From a virus (taxonomy: Duplodnaviria; Caudoviricetes), in IMG/VR virus record IMGVR_UViG_3300049982_000075, positions 1-61,798 of that record: a stretch of 61,798 nucleotides of DNA. The stretch is one strand, 5' to 3'. The first letter of the stretch is position 1; each line of letters starts with the position of its first letter. Position numbers and translations under genes: made by a program. Shown here one piece after another: positions 26,700 through 35,916 of this stretch. The notes beneath the pieces were generated by a model, which worked only from the letters and a program-made list of their open reading frames with translations, had not been told where the DNA came from and made no database searches.

Positions 26700-27182
26700 T
26701 CAGAGCCGTTTACGGCCAGCGATGAAGCGACTGGCCAGCTTCTTGTGCGAGTCAGAGCGCACGTCGGCGGCCGCCTTGTCGATCTTGGTCTCGGGTCGTT
26801 GAGACGGCTTGAACTCGCCAGGCTTACCGCCGAACGCACCGACGATCGTCTGCCCGAGACCGCGCACGGCATCCTCGACCCGAGCCAGTCCTTCGCGCTC
26901 GTTCGACCAGGTCTCCCACCGTGGAGGAGCCGGCTTGTCGCCCTTGTCGGCCTTCTCCTTCTCCCGGATCTTCGCGATCTGCTTCGCATACTCGTCGTCC
27001 TGCATCAGCGACTGGTAGTAGTGCGTGTTCTGCGGGAGGTGATCGATCAGGTTCAGCAGCTTGCGCCACTGCCGACTCTGCCACAGTTCCCGGATGTCTT
27101 CGTTCGGGTAGTAGTGGCAGAAGTCGGCCTCGAGCTCGTTGAAGAAGTGGCCTACAAGATAGACGAGGCGGCGGCTTTTCCC
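26700..27182 (-). CDS. Tail assembly chaperone, frameshifted C-terminal part (gpGT-like)
   Basis: the -1 frame after GGGAAAA is open: SRRLVYLVGHFFNELEADF...LIDHLP...MQDDEY... Confidence 0.85.
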   Translation of the reverse strand, partial: GKSRRLVYLVGHFFNELEADFCHYYPNEDIRELWQSRQWRKLLNLIDHLPQNTHYYQSLMQDDEYAKQIAKIREKEKADKGDKPAPPRWETWSNEREGLARVEDAVRGLGQTIVGAFGGKPGEFKPSQRPETKIDKAAADVRSDSHKKLASRFIAGRKRL

Positions 27183-27487
27183 TGCGCGAGGTTGAAGCCG
27201 TAGTGCGAGAAGAACTTCTCCATCAGGAGGTTGAACTTCTCGGCGTCGATCGGGTTGTCGCGCAGGAACGCCTTATCCTCTTCGGACAAGACCTCGCGCA
27301 GCAGCTCAATCGGCTTCTCCATCTCGAGGATGGTCTTCCAGTCGATCTTGTGCGGGTCGCTCATCCGGATCCGGCGGACAGTGCCGTCCTTGCCGCTCAT
27401 CGAGAAGTGGAAAGGCTTCCGCTTCTCGGTCTCGACGGTGTCGAGGTTGAAGTCGACGTGCGAGTTGATGTCGGTGACGTCAGTCAC
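27152..27487 (-). CDS. Tail assembly chaperone (gpG-like)
   Basis: between major tail and tape measure; slippery site near its end. Confidence 0.85.
   Translation of the reverse strand: MTDVTDINSHVDFNLDTVETEKRKPFHFSMSGKDGTVRRIRMSDPHKIDWKTILEMEKPIELLREVLSEEDKAFLRDNPIDAEKFNLLMEKFFSHYGFNLAQGKAAASSIL
27176..27182 (-). other. Programmed -1 frameshift slippery site G GGA AAA
   Basis: CAG GGA AAA GCC in frame of the chaperone gene. Confidence 0.88.
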
Positions 27488-27531
27488 GATGGTGCTCCTT
27501 CAGGTCGGCGGGCTTGGCGGGCGTGTAAACG

Positions 27532-27807
27532 TCAGGCCTGAGGGGCCTGGGGCTTCGGCTTGGCCTTCTCGACGTCGGCCTTGGCGGCAGCGGCCTTCTC
27601 GGCGTCCGACGGAGCGGAGGCCAGATCGGTCGGGTCACTGCCATCCTTGCGCAGGAGCTTCGACTCTTCCTTGGCCTCGGTCGCCGGAGCGTCCTCGGTC
27701 TTAACGTGCTTGAAGCCGTCCCAGATGTACTCGACGGCTTGGGCGCGCGTGCGTGCGGTGCGATCCGGCTTGCCCGGCTTCCGGTAGGTTCCCAATTCAT
27801 GTGCCAT
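27532..27807 (-). CDS. Small hypothetical protein, probably leaderless
   Basis: TACCAT -10 element 7 nt before ATG; A/K/E-rich. Confidence 0.6.
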   Translation of the reverse strand: MAHELGTYRKPGKPDRTARTRAQAVEYIWDGFKHVKTEDAPATEAKEESKLLRKDGSDPTDLASAPSDAEKAAAAKADVEKAKPKPQAPQA

Positions 27808-27880
27808 GGGTCCGATGGTAGCAGAGCACTCCGATGCTGCAAAAGTACCCATATGCGGATACTTTTGCGGTAGACATGCG

Positions 27881-27920
27881 AAGACCCCCTCTCCAGCCCG
27901 CCAGGGGAGAGGGGGTCTTG
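27881..27920 (-). terminator. Hairpin/terminator after major tail gene
   Basis: AAGACCCCCTCTCC/GGAGAGGGGGTCTT. Confidence 0.7.
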
Positions 27921-27927
27921 CGTTCGA

Positions 27928-28920
27928 TCAGGCCTCGGCGCGCGGGATGCCCATCTCGTCCAGCAGCGCGTTCCAGCCCGGGCCACCGAACAGCCAGCGC
28001 TCGGAGTAGCCGAGGTCGGGGTCGGTCTCACCGGTCAGGGTGACACCCCACGAGATCGGGTCGTCCGACTGGCCGTAGTTCTGCTCGGTGTAGTTGGTCA
28101 CCTTCGCGCGCGGCAGGAAGCGGCCGATGTAGATCTCGCCGCCGTCGCCCAGGTCGACCGCGAGGGTCATGACCCGCCAGTACTTGCCACGGGGGCGAGT
28201 CGGCTTGGCGATGGAGACCTCACCGGTGTCGATGTCCGCCACGATGGTGGACGGGTCGACACCGCTGGCCAGGCCGACGGTCAGGAGCTTGGTCTCCTGC
28301 GCCACGACCGCGACGGCCGTGGTGTCCGACGTGATGTCGGTCCGGGTCGGCGTAACCGAGCCCCACGAGGTGACGTCCGAGCTCGAGACGTCGCGCGAGT
28401 GCGAGGCGCCGTCGGTGGTCAGCCAGCCGAGGTCGTCCCACAGGTTCGGGAGTTGCCGCAGCGAGATGCCGGAGTCCTTGCCGTAGGCAGCCTGGCCAGC
28501 GGTCAGGCCGAGGTTCGCCAGGACGGTACCGGTGCCGGACACGACCTCGATGGCCACGTTCTCGCCGGTGCCGGTCGAGACGATGTTCAGCTTGCCGCTG
28601 ACGATCGCCGAGGTGCCGCTCGTGACGGCAGTGTCGATCTTCGTCGCAGCCTGGGCCGGAGTGTCGGCGGTCGCGAGCGCAACCGTGAACGTGGTGCCGG
28701 CGACCTTGACGACCAGGTTTCCACCCGACGCGATGGCCACTGCATCCGGACCGCCGACGAGGGTGGCCACGACTGCGGTGGCGTTGTACTCCGTCAGCGA
28801 GTCGATGGGGTCGGTGGGGGTTCCGTTGGCCAGCGAGTACGGCGACACGAAGGCCGAGCCGTCCAGCGCCTTGCGGATCAGGTCGTTCTGCTTGTTCTTC
28901 AGGGTGTCGTACGAGGGCAC
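27928..28920 (-). CDS. Major tail protein
   Basis: LIRKALDGS, WDDLGWLTTDG, SWGSVTPTRTDIT, FGGPGW motifs. Confidence 0.88.
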   Translation of the reverse strand: MPSYDTLKNKQNDLIRKALDGSAFVSPYSLANGTPTDPIDSLTEYNATAVVATLVGGPDAVAIASGGNLVVKVAGTTFTVALATADTPAQAATKIDTAVTSGTSAIVSGKLNIVSTGTGENVAIEVVSGTGTVLANLGLTAGQAAYGKDSGISLRQLPNLWDDLGWLTTDGASHSRDVSSSDVTSWGSVTPTRTDITSDTTAVAVVAQETKLLTVGLASGVDPSTIVADIDTGEVSIAKPTRPRGKYWRVMTLAVDLGDGGEIYIGRFLPRAKVTNYTEQNYGQSDDPISWGVTLTGETDPDLGYSERWLFGGPGWNALLDEMGIPRAEA

Positions 28921-28936
28921 GCTGTCACCTTCCAGG

Positions 28937-29332
28937 TCAGTCCCGGCGCCGGAGCGTCAGGGAATAAGTCGCTGCGAGCCGCCGCCCCGGGCCGTCCCAC
29001 GGGAGTTCCGTTGGGCTGCGAGTTACGATGGCCGAATCGAGCACAACGACGCCGGATGGTGTCGCTATGCTATGAGGGTAGCTGAGAAGCCAGCTGTCGA
29101 TCGACTCGATCAGGGCACTTGCCTCCCCGTACGTCGGCGCGACAACCTCAATATCGACCAGCGGGTAGTCCCGCAGCTTCTCGCGGGGGCCCCCGAGCTT
29201 GTCCACCCGGACGAAAGTCGTCGGGTGTTCAGGGTAGACGTTCCCCAGCTGGGTGTCGTCCAGCTCAAACTCCGCCGCGATGGCGATGAAGAGCGTCTTG
29301 TGGATGTTCGGGAACGGCTTCAGGGTGGTCAC
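28937..29332 (-). CDS. Tail terminator protein
   Basis: FVRVDKLGG...PLVDIEV; synteny. Confidence 0.75.
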   Translation of the reverse strand: MTTLKPFPNIHKTLFIAIAAEFELDDTQLGNVYPEHPTTFVRVDKLGGPREKLRDYPLVDIEVVAPTYGEASALIESIDSWLLSYPHSIATPSGVVVLDSAIVTRSPTELPWDGPGRRLAATYSLTLRRRD

Positions 29333-29685
29333 TTCGGAGCCGCCTTCGCTACGTGGTACTTGGCGCCCGCCTTGCCGAGCCAGCGGCGGGCCTTGTTCCG
29401 CGCTCCACCTCGGCCGCCGAACTCCTCCGGAGCCGCGCCAGGATGGTCGGAGTAGACCGCCGCGCCAACGCGTGGGTTGCCGTCGAATGAGATCGGCTCG
29501 GCGTGCTCATCGACCTTGTAGGAGTCGGCGAGGTGATCACCAGATCGGGTCGACCGCTTCACGGTCAGCTTCAGGTCCTCGACGATCTGCTTGGCGACGG
29601 CGATCGGGGCTTGGCGAGCCTCCTCGGACAGCATGTACTTCCCGAACTCCTTGTTGTTCGGCTTGTACTTCGCCTTGACCGGCAT
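29329..29685 (-). CDS. Tail completion/HK97 gp10-like protein
   Basis: synteny; EFGG...RWLGKA motif. Confidence 0.65.
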   Translation of the reverse strand: MPVKAKYKPNNKEFGKYMLSEEARQAPIAVAKQIVEDLKLTVKRSTRSGDHLADSYKVDEHAEPISFDGNPRVGAAVYSDHPGAAPEEFGGRGGARNKARRWLGKAGAKYHVAKAAPK

Positions 29686-30002
29686 CAGGCACCTGCCTTC
29701 GCCAGGACCAGGATCGTGCCCTTGTCCTCGTTGTATCGGTAGCGGCCCGGAACGCCCTTGACCTCGTACCGTACGCCGTGCAGGGTGATCTCGTCGCGCG
29801 GGCCCGGGAGGTTGTCCTCCGGCTCGCCAGGTGGGATGAAGACGTTCCAACCGTCGGTGATATAGCCGCCCGCCTCGATCTCGGCCGAGGTGGCCGGCCA
29901 GGCGATGCAGGACTTGATCGTGCGGTCGTCGCCCCACTGCTCGTCGCCCATCTGGTCGCGCTCGAGGAACGGGTGGACGATGATCTCCTCGTCTCCGGTC
30001 AC
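29685..30002 (-). CDS. Head-to-tail stopper
   Basis: synteny; RDEITLHGVRYEVKGVP. Confidence 0.75.
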   Translation of the reverse strand: MTGDEEIIVHPFLERDQMGDEQWGDDRTIKSCIAWPATSAEIEAGGYITDGWNVFIPPGEPEDNLPGPRDEITLHGVRYEVKGVPGRYRYNEDKGTILVLAKAGA

Positions 30003-30760
30003 GGTAGCGCCTCCCAGGTTCCTGGACTCGTCTCAGACTTTACGACCAGGGGGTCGCCAGTCTCGGTCTTCAGAGGGATCGAGGTCCAGACTCCCGGTGA
30101 CGACTCGTACTTGAGTCTACCGGGCGTTCCGAACGTCGGCACCTGATCCGCTGGCAGTACTCGCCAAGCATCGATCTCCTCCTGGGTCAGGGCGCCATTG
30201 AACATCCGGAAGTCATCGATCACCGTGGTGGAATCAGAGCCGTCCAGGAGTCGGAGCGCGGTGGCGGTCCAGAAGTTCGGTAGCGACACCGAGTTGACCA
30301 GCACGCCATCGACATAGGCTCGCAGCGTGGTCCCGTCATACGTGGCGCAGATGTTCCGGAACGAGCCATGGGAGACCGGGATGGTGATCTCGTAGGGCGT
30401 TCCGGAAGTGTCCTTGACGCGGAAACGGAGAGTTCCGAAGAGGTATAGCAGGCCGGTCACCCCGGTGTCGTCGGTGCCGCCCCGATAGAACTCGCCGACC
30501 CAACCAGTGAATTCCGCTGAGGTCTTCAGGTTCAGCATCCAGGTCCACTGCGGAGTCCGGATCGTAGTCGGATCAACACTGGATGCGACGAAGGCCTCGG
30601 CGCCGAGCTGCGTGAGTCCGCGCGTACCGAAGGCTCCACCGCCGGCAGGGGTCCGGGTAGTCGCTCCGGTCAGCGGAAAGTTGTGACCGTTCGAACTGTG
30701 GTCAACGACATCGCCGCTGACCTCGTCGAAGGCCAGGGCGATCGTCGGCACGCCGGGCAT
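29999..30760 (-). CDS. LamG/concanavalin-like domain protein
   Basis: FDEVSG..VDHSSNG, CATYDGTTLRAYVDG, IDDFRMFNGALTQEEI. Confidence 0.85.
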   Translation of the reverse strand: MPGVPTIALAFDEVSGDVVDHSSNGHNFPLTGATTRTPAGGGAFGTRGLTQLGAEAFVASSVDPTTIRTPQWTWMLNLKTSAEFTGWVGEFYRGGTDDTGVTGLLYLFGTLRFRVKDTSGTPYEITIPVSHGSFRNICATYDGTTLRAYVDGVLVNSVSLPNFWTATALRLLDGSDSTTVIDDFRMFNGALTQEEIDAWRVLPADQVPTFGTPGRLKYESSPGVWTSIPLKTETGDPLVVKSETSPGTWEALP

Positions 30761-31659
30761 TAGTCCGGATCCGTGTCAGCCCACAGCTCGCCGGAGCCAC
30801 TGACGGGAGGAGTGTCGCCGAGGTGAATCTGCGGACCGAGGTCAGCGGTATCCGCCTTGTTGGGCAGCTCGGCCTCGACCGCGTCGAGTCGGGCATCCAG
30901 GGCATTGTCGACCGCTGTCACGTCGGACGTGTTGGCCTTGACCGCGAGCCCTGCGGTGAGATCGCTCTGTTCCGCCTTGGTCGCGACCGAGGCCGTCGAC
31001 GCCTTGCCAGCCAGCTGCGTGTCGACGTACGTCTTGTCGGCCTTGGGCGTGACCGTGCTGACGTCGGCCTTGGTGCTCGTCAGGCCGGTCACCAGCGCCT
31101 GCAGAGACAGGAACTGAGCCATGCTGGGGCCGTCTCCGGAGCCGCCGCCGCCCGGGTCCGGCGGCGGGGTGGTCTCGTCCCACTCGGTGCCGACGTCGCC
31201 GTTGGCGAAGTAGGGGATCCACCAGTCGGTCGGAGAGCTGTCCGGCAGGAACTGAGTGTCCATGACAGACTCTGGCCCGCCAGTGGTCGACAGGACCCAC
31301 AGGCCGCCGAGCCCGTTCTCTTCGCCGATGGCCTCGAGCTCTTCGCGCTCGGCATCCGTGAGCTGCATGGCGGCCGCCATTTGGGCCAGGATCGACTCGC
31401 TGATGGGCCCGACGCCGCTGTTGATCACGGAGCGGGGGTTGTTGTACGTCCGGAAGGCAACGAACAGGCAGATGGTCCGGACGCGTCCGGGCGCGAGCGT
31501 GGGATCGGCCTCCCAGTCCGGTGCCGGAATGCCAGCAGTGGAGATGCAGAGCTCCGTCGCCTTCTCCATGATGAGCTGAGCAAACGGGTCGGCCTCAACG
31601 ATTGCCGGGTCCTTCTTGGACAGGATCGCGAGGTGCTCAAGGGTCTCCAGGTACGCCAT
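30760..31659 (-). CDS. Head-to-tail adaptor with C-terminal fibre-like extension
   Basis: follows capsid; RTYNNPR..GP adaptor motif; KADKTYVDTQLAGKA-type repeats. Confidence 0.75.
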   Translation of the reverse strand: MAYLETLEHLAILSKKDPAIVEADPFAQLIMEKATELCISTAGIPAPDWEADPTLAPGRVRTICLFVAFRTYNNPRSVINSGVGPISESILAQMAAAMQLTDAEREELEAIGEENGLGGLWVLSTTGGPESVMDTQFLPDSSPTDWWIPYFANGDVGTEWDETTPPPDPGGGGSGDGPSMAQFLSLQALVTGLTSTKADVSTVTPKADKTYVDTQLAGKASTASVATKAEQSDLTAGLAVKANTSDVTAVDNALDARLDAVEAELPNKADTADLGPQIHLGDTPPVSGSGELWADTDPD

Positions 31660-31682
31660 GGCTCAATCCTCTCATGTACGGG

Positions 31683-31720
31683 AAAACCCCCGCCTCCGCT
31701 GTCAGCGGAAAGCGGGGGTT
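31683..31720 (-). terminator. Terminator after capsid gene
   Basis: AACCCCCGC/GCGGGGGTT stem with T-tract on the minus strand. Confidence 0.75.
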
Positions 31721-31736
31721 CTCGGAACGTTCAGGA

Positions 31737-32759
31737 TCAGTCGAGGACCGAACCGGTGCCGGTGAACTGCATCTTCACCGCGCGGACGTTCTTGCGGGTG
31801 CCGACCGGGTTGAAGACGGTACCCTGGGGGGCGTCGTCCTCGTCCATGTCGCCGACCTCGTAGATCCAGGAGCCGTCGGCGTTGCGCTCGTCGCGGACGT
31901 CGACCAGGCCGAGGAACGAGCTCACGATGGAGCGGTCCCGCAGGTAGTTCGGGTCGTAGTCGGCGATCCAGCGCATCGCGAACCCACCCTGCGAGAAGGT
32001 GGAGCCCGTGGTGGCGCCGGCCGGAACCTCGGGAGCGAGGTTGGCCAGGATCAGGGCCGTGGTGGAGGCCAGGTAGCCCTCCTTCGGGTCCAGACCCTCG
32101 TGCTCGATGATCACGGTGTTCGCGACCTTACCGATCACCGCGTCACGCAGCGCCGGGGTGCCGGTCTCACCGGTCGAGTCGTACCGCGACAGGCGGTCGG
32201 ACGCGAGGAACGCGGCCGCGACGTCGGAGCCGACGATCGCGAAGCGGCCCTGCTTCGGGGCAACCTTGCGCGCGGTCAGGACCCGGTTCGCCTCCAGGAG
32301 GTAGAGGTACGGGTCGACATCGCCGAGGTCCACCGACGGCAGGATCAGGTCGGACGCCAGGGACATGGTCCGCCAGCCAGCCACGACCTTGGCCTCGTAG
32401 TCGGCCGCGAGGGCCTTGCCCTGCGGGGTGACGACTTCGCCCGCCAGCTGCACGGTGTCCATCTTCATGTGCTCGTCCGTGAGGGACGTGGCGCTGTAGA
32501 TGTGCTTGTTCAGCTTGACCGGCATCGACGCGCCGCCCTGGATGTCGTCCAGGACGATCGGGGCGTTTCGGGTCCGCCACTCGTAGTCACGAGCGACGGC
32601 CTTGAGCTCGTCGATCTTCATGTTGACGGTGTCGCCCTTGGCGCCGACGAAGTTCTCGCCTGCGTAGCGGGTCACCAGATACGGAGCGACCAGCGTCCGC
32701 GCCATCACGGGGAGGGCGTACTGGACGACCTTCTTCTCCTTGACCTTCAGTACAGCCAC
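31737..32759 (-). CDS. Major capsid protein
   Basis: after scaffold, 340 aa, FVGAKGDTVN...ARDYEWR, DYDPNYLRDRSIV. Confidence 0.9.
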   Translation of the reverse strand: MAVLKVKEKKVVQYALPVMARTLVAPYLVTRYAGENFVGAKGDTVNMKIDELKAVARDYEWRTRNAPIVLDDIQGGASMPVKLNKHIYSATSLTDEHMKMDTVQLAGEVVTPQGKALAADYEAKVVAGWRTMSLASDLILPSVDLGDVDPYLYLLEANRVLTARKVAPKQGRFAIVGSDVAAAFLASDRLSRYDSTGETGTPALRDAVIGKVANTVIIEHEGLDPKEGYLASTTALILANLAPEVPAGATTGSTFSQGGFAMRWIADYDPNYLRDRSIVSSFLGLVDVRDERNADGSWIYEVGDMDEDDAPQGTVFNPVGTRKNVRAVKMQFTGTGSVLD

Positions 32760-32826
32760 GGGAGACCTCCTAGAGATCGGTATGGCCGCTTAGGTCTCCG
32801 TGGCTGGTGACCTCGCGGGTGCTTAC

Positions 32827-33441
32827 TCAGAGTGGGAACTGTGACGCTCCGTACCGCTTGGCGAAATCGTCGACGGAGATGTCTCCGTCACCTTCTCCGC
32901 CCGGGTTCGGATCGCCGGGGTTCAGTCGGTGCACGGGGGCCGTCTGGAGAGGATTTCCCTCACCGCCGGTTCCCTCGCTGCCACCTGCGCCCGCAGCGGC
33001 CTTCTCGACCAGTCCCAGGGCGACGAGCTGCTCGGCCGAAGCCGTCATCTCTGCCAGGGTCTTGCCGGTCAGTAGAGCGTGCGCCTCGGGCTTGATCTTG
33101 TGCTGAGTCAGGACCGCCAGGCGATCCTTGTCGTGCTCAGCGCTTTCAGCTCGAGTGGTCAGGGCGTTGATGGAGTCCTGGAGCTTCTGAAGCTCCGTCT
33201 TCCCCTCGCTCGCCTTGGCTTCCACCGCCGACTTCAGGGTGTCGCGCTCACTGGTGAGCGTTCCAACCGAGGCCAACGCGGCGTCGCGCGCGGTCTGGGC
33301 CTTCTCCTTGTCGCTCAGAACGTTCCAGAGATGCTTCTTGAGCTGCTCCGGATTGACCTCCTGCTTGTCCGCCTCCACCGGATTGCCGGCTGAGTCGAGC
33401 TCCCAGGGAGCCTTGAAGTCCTCGAACTTGGGGAGTGCCAC
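32827..33441 (-). CDS. Capsid scaffolding protein
   Basis: coiled coil, KTELQK, LTGKT..EM..SAEQL; synteny. Confidence 0.85.
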   Translation of the reverse strand: MALPKFEDFKAPWELDSAGNPVEADKQEVNPEQLKKHLWNVLSDKEKAQTARDAALASVGTLTSERDTLKSAVEAKASEGKTELQKLQDSINALTTRAESAEHDKDRLAVLTQHKIKPEAHALLTGKTLAEMTASAEQLVALGLVEKAAAGAGGSEGTGGEGNPLQTAPVHRLNPGDPNPGGEGDGDISVDDFAKRYGASQFPL

Positions 33442-33546
33442 GGTGTCCTCCTACGGACGTCGGTGAGCAACCGCCTGCGGTCGCCCGATGTGATCAGTCT
33501 AGAGACGGCTATTCATAAGCCGCCACCGAAACAAGGGAAGTGGTGA

Positions 33547-34377
33547 TTACCGCCCGCGTCGAGGCTCGAACTTGCGACCCTCGATAGCGGCCCGGAAAGC
33601 GCGGATCGCCTCCTTGCCGCCTATGCCGAACTCCTGCGTCACCTGGGCCCAGAGCTGACTGAAGTCCTCGCCTCGGCCGGGCAGCGCGGAGCCGCGCTTG
33701 AATGTCGGCTCCATCGTGCACTGGCAGCCATCATGGACCTTGGCCCGACCACCGCCGGTGAACAGGGCGTCGGAGTCCTCAAAGGCGTCGTGGCCGTAGA
33801 CAAACCCGCGACTAGCCAGCATCGCGCAGAAGTAGCAGGGGTTGTCCTGCGTCACCCGGGCCCAGCCGAGCGCCGCCTTATCGGATCCGGCAACGTCGCG
33901 CATGAGGTCTCGGCCGCCGGCCAGGGATTGGCGGACGGCTGCGGCAGCGGTGGTCTTGGCCGCCGAGTCCATGGCATCGTCGAGGAATGCCTTCTCCAGC
34001 TCTGGGGACATCTCAAGGCGCTTCACCTCGGTCAGCTTCTTCTGCAGCGCGATCGGCCCGGTCACGCGGAGCGAGGTGAATACCTGATTGGGGTTCACCT
34101 TCATCTGAGCGGGCAGCTTGTAGGCCGGACCGGAGGGTAACTCCACTCGCCGGAACTCCGGGTAGTACGCCTTGGTCAGCTTGTACGACGTCTCGTGCTC
34201 GCGCTTGATCAGGGCCAGCATGACTTGCATCCAGACCGCCACCGTGCGCTCCAGCTGCTCCGGCTTGATCGTCCGGTTCCACAGGCGGATGCTGGCCGCT
34301 GCGACGAAGGCGGCCCGAGCGGCCTGCTCGGCGCGGTGCGCCTCCGTAAGAGCGGCGCCCTGGATTGTGGTCGCCAT
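33547..34377 (-). CDS. Capsid maturation protease / MuF-like protein (L5 gp15-like)
   Basis: WARV...CYFCAMLASRG...HDGCQC. Confidence 0.8.
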   Translation of the reverse strand: MATTIQGAALTEAHRAEQAARAAFVAAASIRLWNRTIKPEQLERTVAVWMQVMLALIKREHETSYKLTKAYYPEFRRVELPSGPAYKLPAQMKVNPNQVFTSLRVTGPIALQKKLTEVKRLEMSPELEKAFLDDAMDSAAKTTAAAAVRQSLAGGRDLMRDVAGSDKAALGWARVTQDNPCYFCAMLASRGFVYGHDAFEDSDALFTGGGRAKVHDGCQCTMEPTFKRGSALPGRGEDFSQLWAQVTQEFGIGGKEAIRAFRAAIEGRKFEPRRGR

Positions 34378-35876
34378 TACTTGCCCTTGGGGGCGGTCTG
34401 CTGCGGCTGCGGCGGAACGGCGTCGTTCATCTCCTTGGCCGCTTCGGCCTGCAGCTCCGACTCCATCTGCGCGAACAGGCGCTCCATGTTGTCGCCCTGT
34501 ACGAGATCGAGCGCGCGAGTGGAGTCCTGGTCGGTCCAGCCGGGGATTCGCTCCCAGAGCATCTCGACCGGGACCTTCAGGGCGGTCGCAGCGATGCCGA
34601 GAGCGTTCACGGTCTGGACCAGCGAGCGAGACTCGGTGTCACGCCAGCGGACCTGCATATTCCAGGCCTCAGACTCCGTCTTGTCGCCGTTGATGAAGGC
34701 GGCCAGACGCAGGAGCTTCTCGTGCGACTCGCCGACCAGCGTCTTGAAGTCGCCCGCCTTGCGCAGGAGTCCACCCTCGGCCGCCGCGAGCGCCTCAGCC
34801 TGCAGGTTGGAGCTCAGGCCGAGCAGGTGGTGCGGCGGGGTCTGGGTGATCGCGGCCAGGATCCGCAGGTCGTGGTCGGTCGCACCGAGGTAGCCCGCGA
34901 CGTCGGTGGCGTCGAGGGTGCCGAACTTGGTCTCCTTGTCCGGCGAGACCAGCAGATCGGCGACGCGCAGCTTCATCGCCTGCTGTTGTTCTGCCGTCAT
35001 GCTCTTCGGCCGGGCCATGCCGGCGATCCAGCGGACCTTCCACGCGCCGAAGCGGGAGACGATCAGCCGGTCGAAGGTGCCCTGGTCGATCCGGCGGAGC
35101 AGCGGGATGATCGGCTCGATCTCCCCGGTGGCCCGGCCTTCTAGGTCGATCCTGTTGGCGTACCGCACGACGGGCGGGACCGGCAGGTCGTGCTCCTCGT
35201 AGGAGATGTAGGTCCACTCGCCACGATCCTCGCCATTGCCCTTGCAGGTCAGGCGGTGGACAGCGGTCTCGTCGATGAACTGGACGTTCCATCCAGTTTG
35301 AATGGTGCCGATCGTGTCGTTCTTCTCCGCGTACGGCTCGAAGATCATGGCGTGGTGCGGCCACTGGTCGTCCGGCTCGTCGTAGAAGGCGGCCATCTTG
35401 TTGGCGCCGTACGCACGCAGGCGCGCCATCTTCTCGCCGGTCATCGGGTCCTTGCCGGGCAGGGCCATGCCGAACGCCAGACCGTGGCCGATCGTCTGCC
35501 GGTGGAGCGAGATCTGGATCGCGTCCCACTCGTTGCGCTGCCAGGTGTCCCAGACCTTCAGGTTGTCCTTCGAGCCGGGCATCCGGACCCCGTCGACGTA
35601 GACCATCTGCGCGAGCGAAGTCACGACCAGGCCGCCGAAGGAGTTCACGGAGCGTGACTTCAGGTCGTCGTACTCGGCGTCGACTGTGGTGCCAGTGTCG
35701 GTCGGCGTGTAAACGCCGCCCTCCCAGCGGCCCCAGTCCTTGGGCAGATTCTTGAACGTGTCCTGCTCGCCGCGCATCCAGGTCTCCATGACCTGGGTCC
35801 GGAGCTTCTGACGCAGGCAGGACGGGAAGTCCATGTGAGCCTGGTCCAGGACCGTGCTCTTGCTCGTCACTGCCAC
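34377..35876 (-). CDS. Portal protein
   Basis: 499 aa after terminase; PVVRYAN..D..G..GEIEP, TQTPPHHLLG. Confidence 0.92.
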   Translation of the reverse strand: MAVTSKSTVLDQAHMDFPSCLRQKLRTQVMETWMRGEQDTFKNLPKDWGRWEGGVYTPTDTGTTVDAEYDDLKSRSVNSFGGLVVTSLAQMVYVDGVRMPGSKDNLKVWDTWQRNEWDAIQISLHRQTIGHGLAFGMALPGKDPMTGEKMARLRAYGANKMAAFYDEPDDQWPHHAMIFEPYAEKNDTIGTIQTGWNVQFIDETAVHRLTCKGNGEDRGEWTYISYEEHDLPVPPVVRYANRIDLEGRATGEIEPIIPLLRRIDQGTFDRLIVSRFGAWKVRWIAGMARPKSMTAEQQQAMKLRVADLLVSPDKETKFGTLDATDVAGYLGATDHDLRILAAITQTPPHHLLGLSSNLQAEALAAAEGGLLRKAGDFKTLVGESHEKLLRLAAFINGDKTESEAWNMQVRWRDTESRSLVQTVNALGIAATALKVPVEMLWERIPGWTDQDSTRALDLVQGDNMERLFAQMESELQAEAAKEMNDAVPPQPQQTAPKGK

Positions 35877-35916
35877 GTCGTCACTCCTCGTCGATGGTTG
35901 CTGGTGTCCATGGTAC

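Noticed and set aside
24492-27203. Long plus-strand ORFs antisense to the tape measure (and similar shadow ORFs genome-wide)
   Set aside because: Expected artefact of high-GC codon bias; no RBS or recognisable motifs
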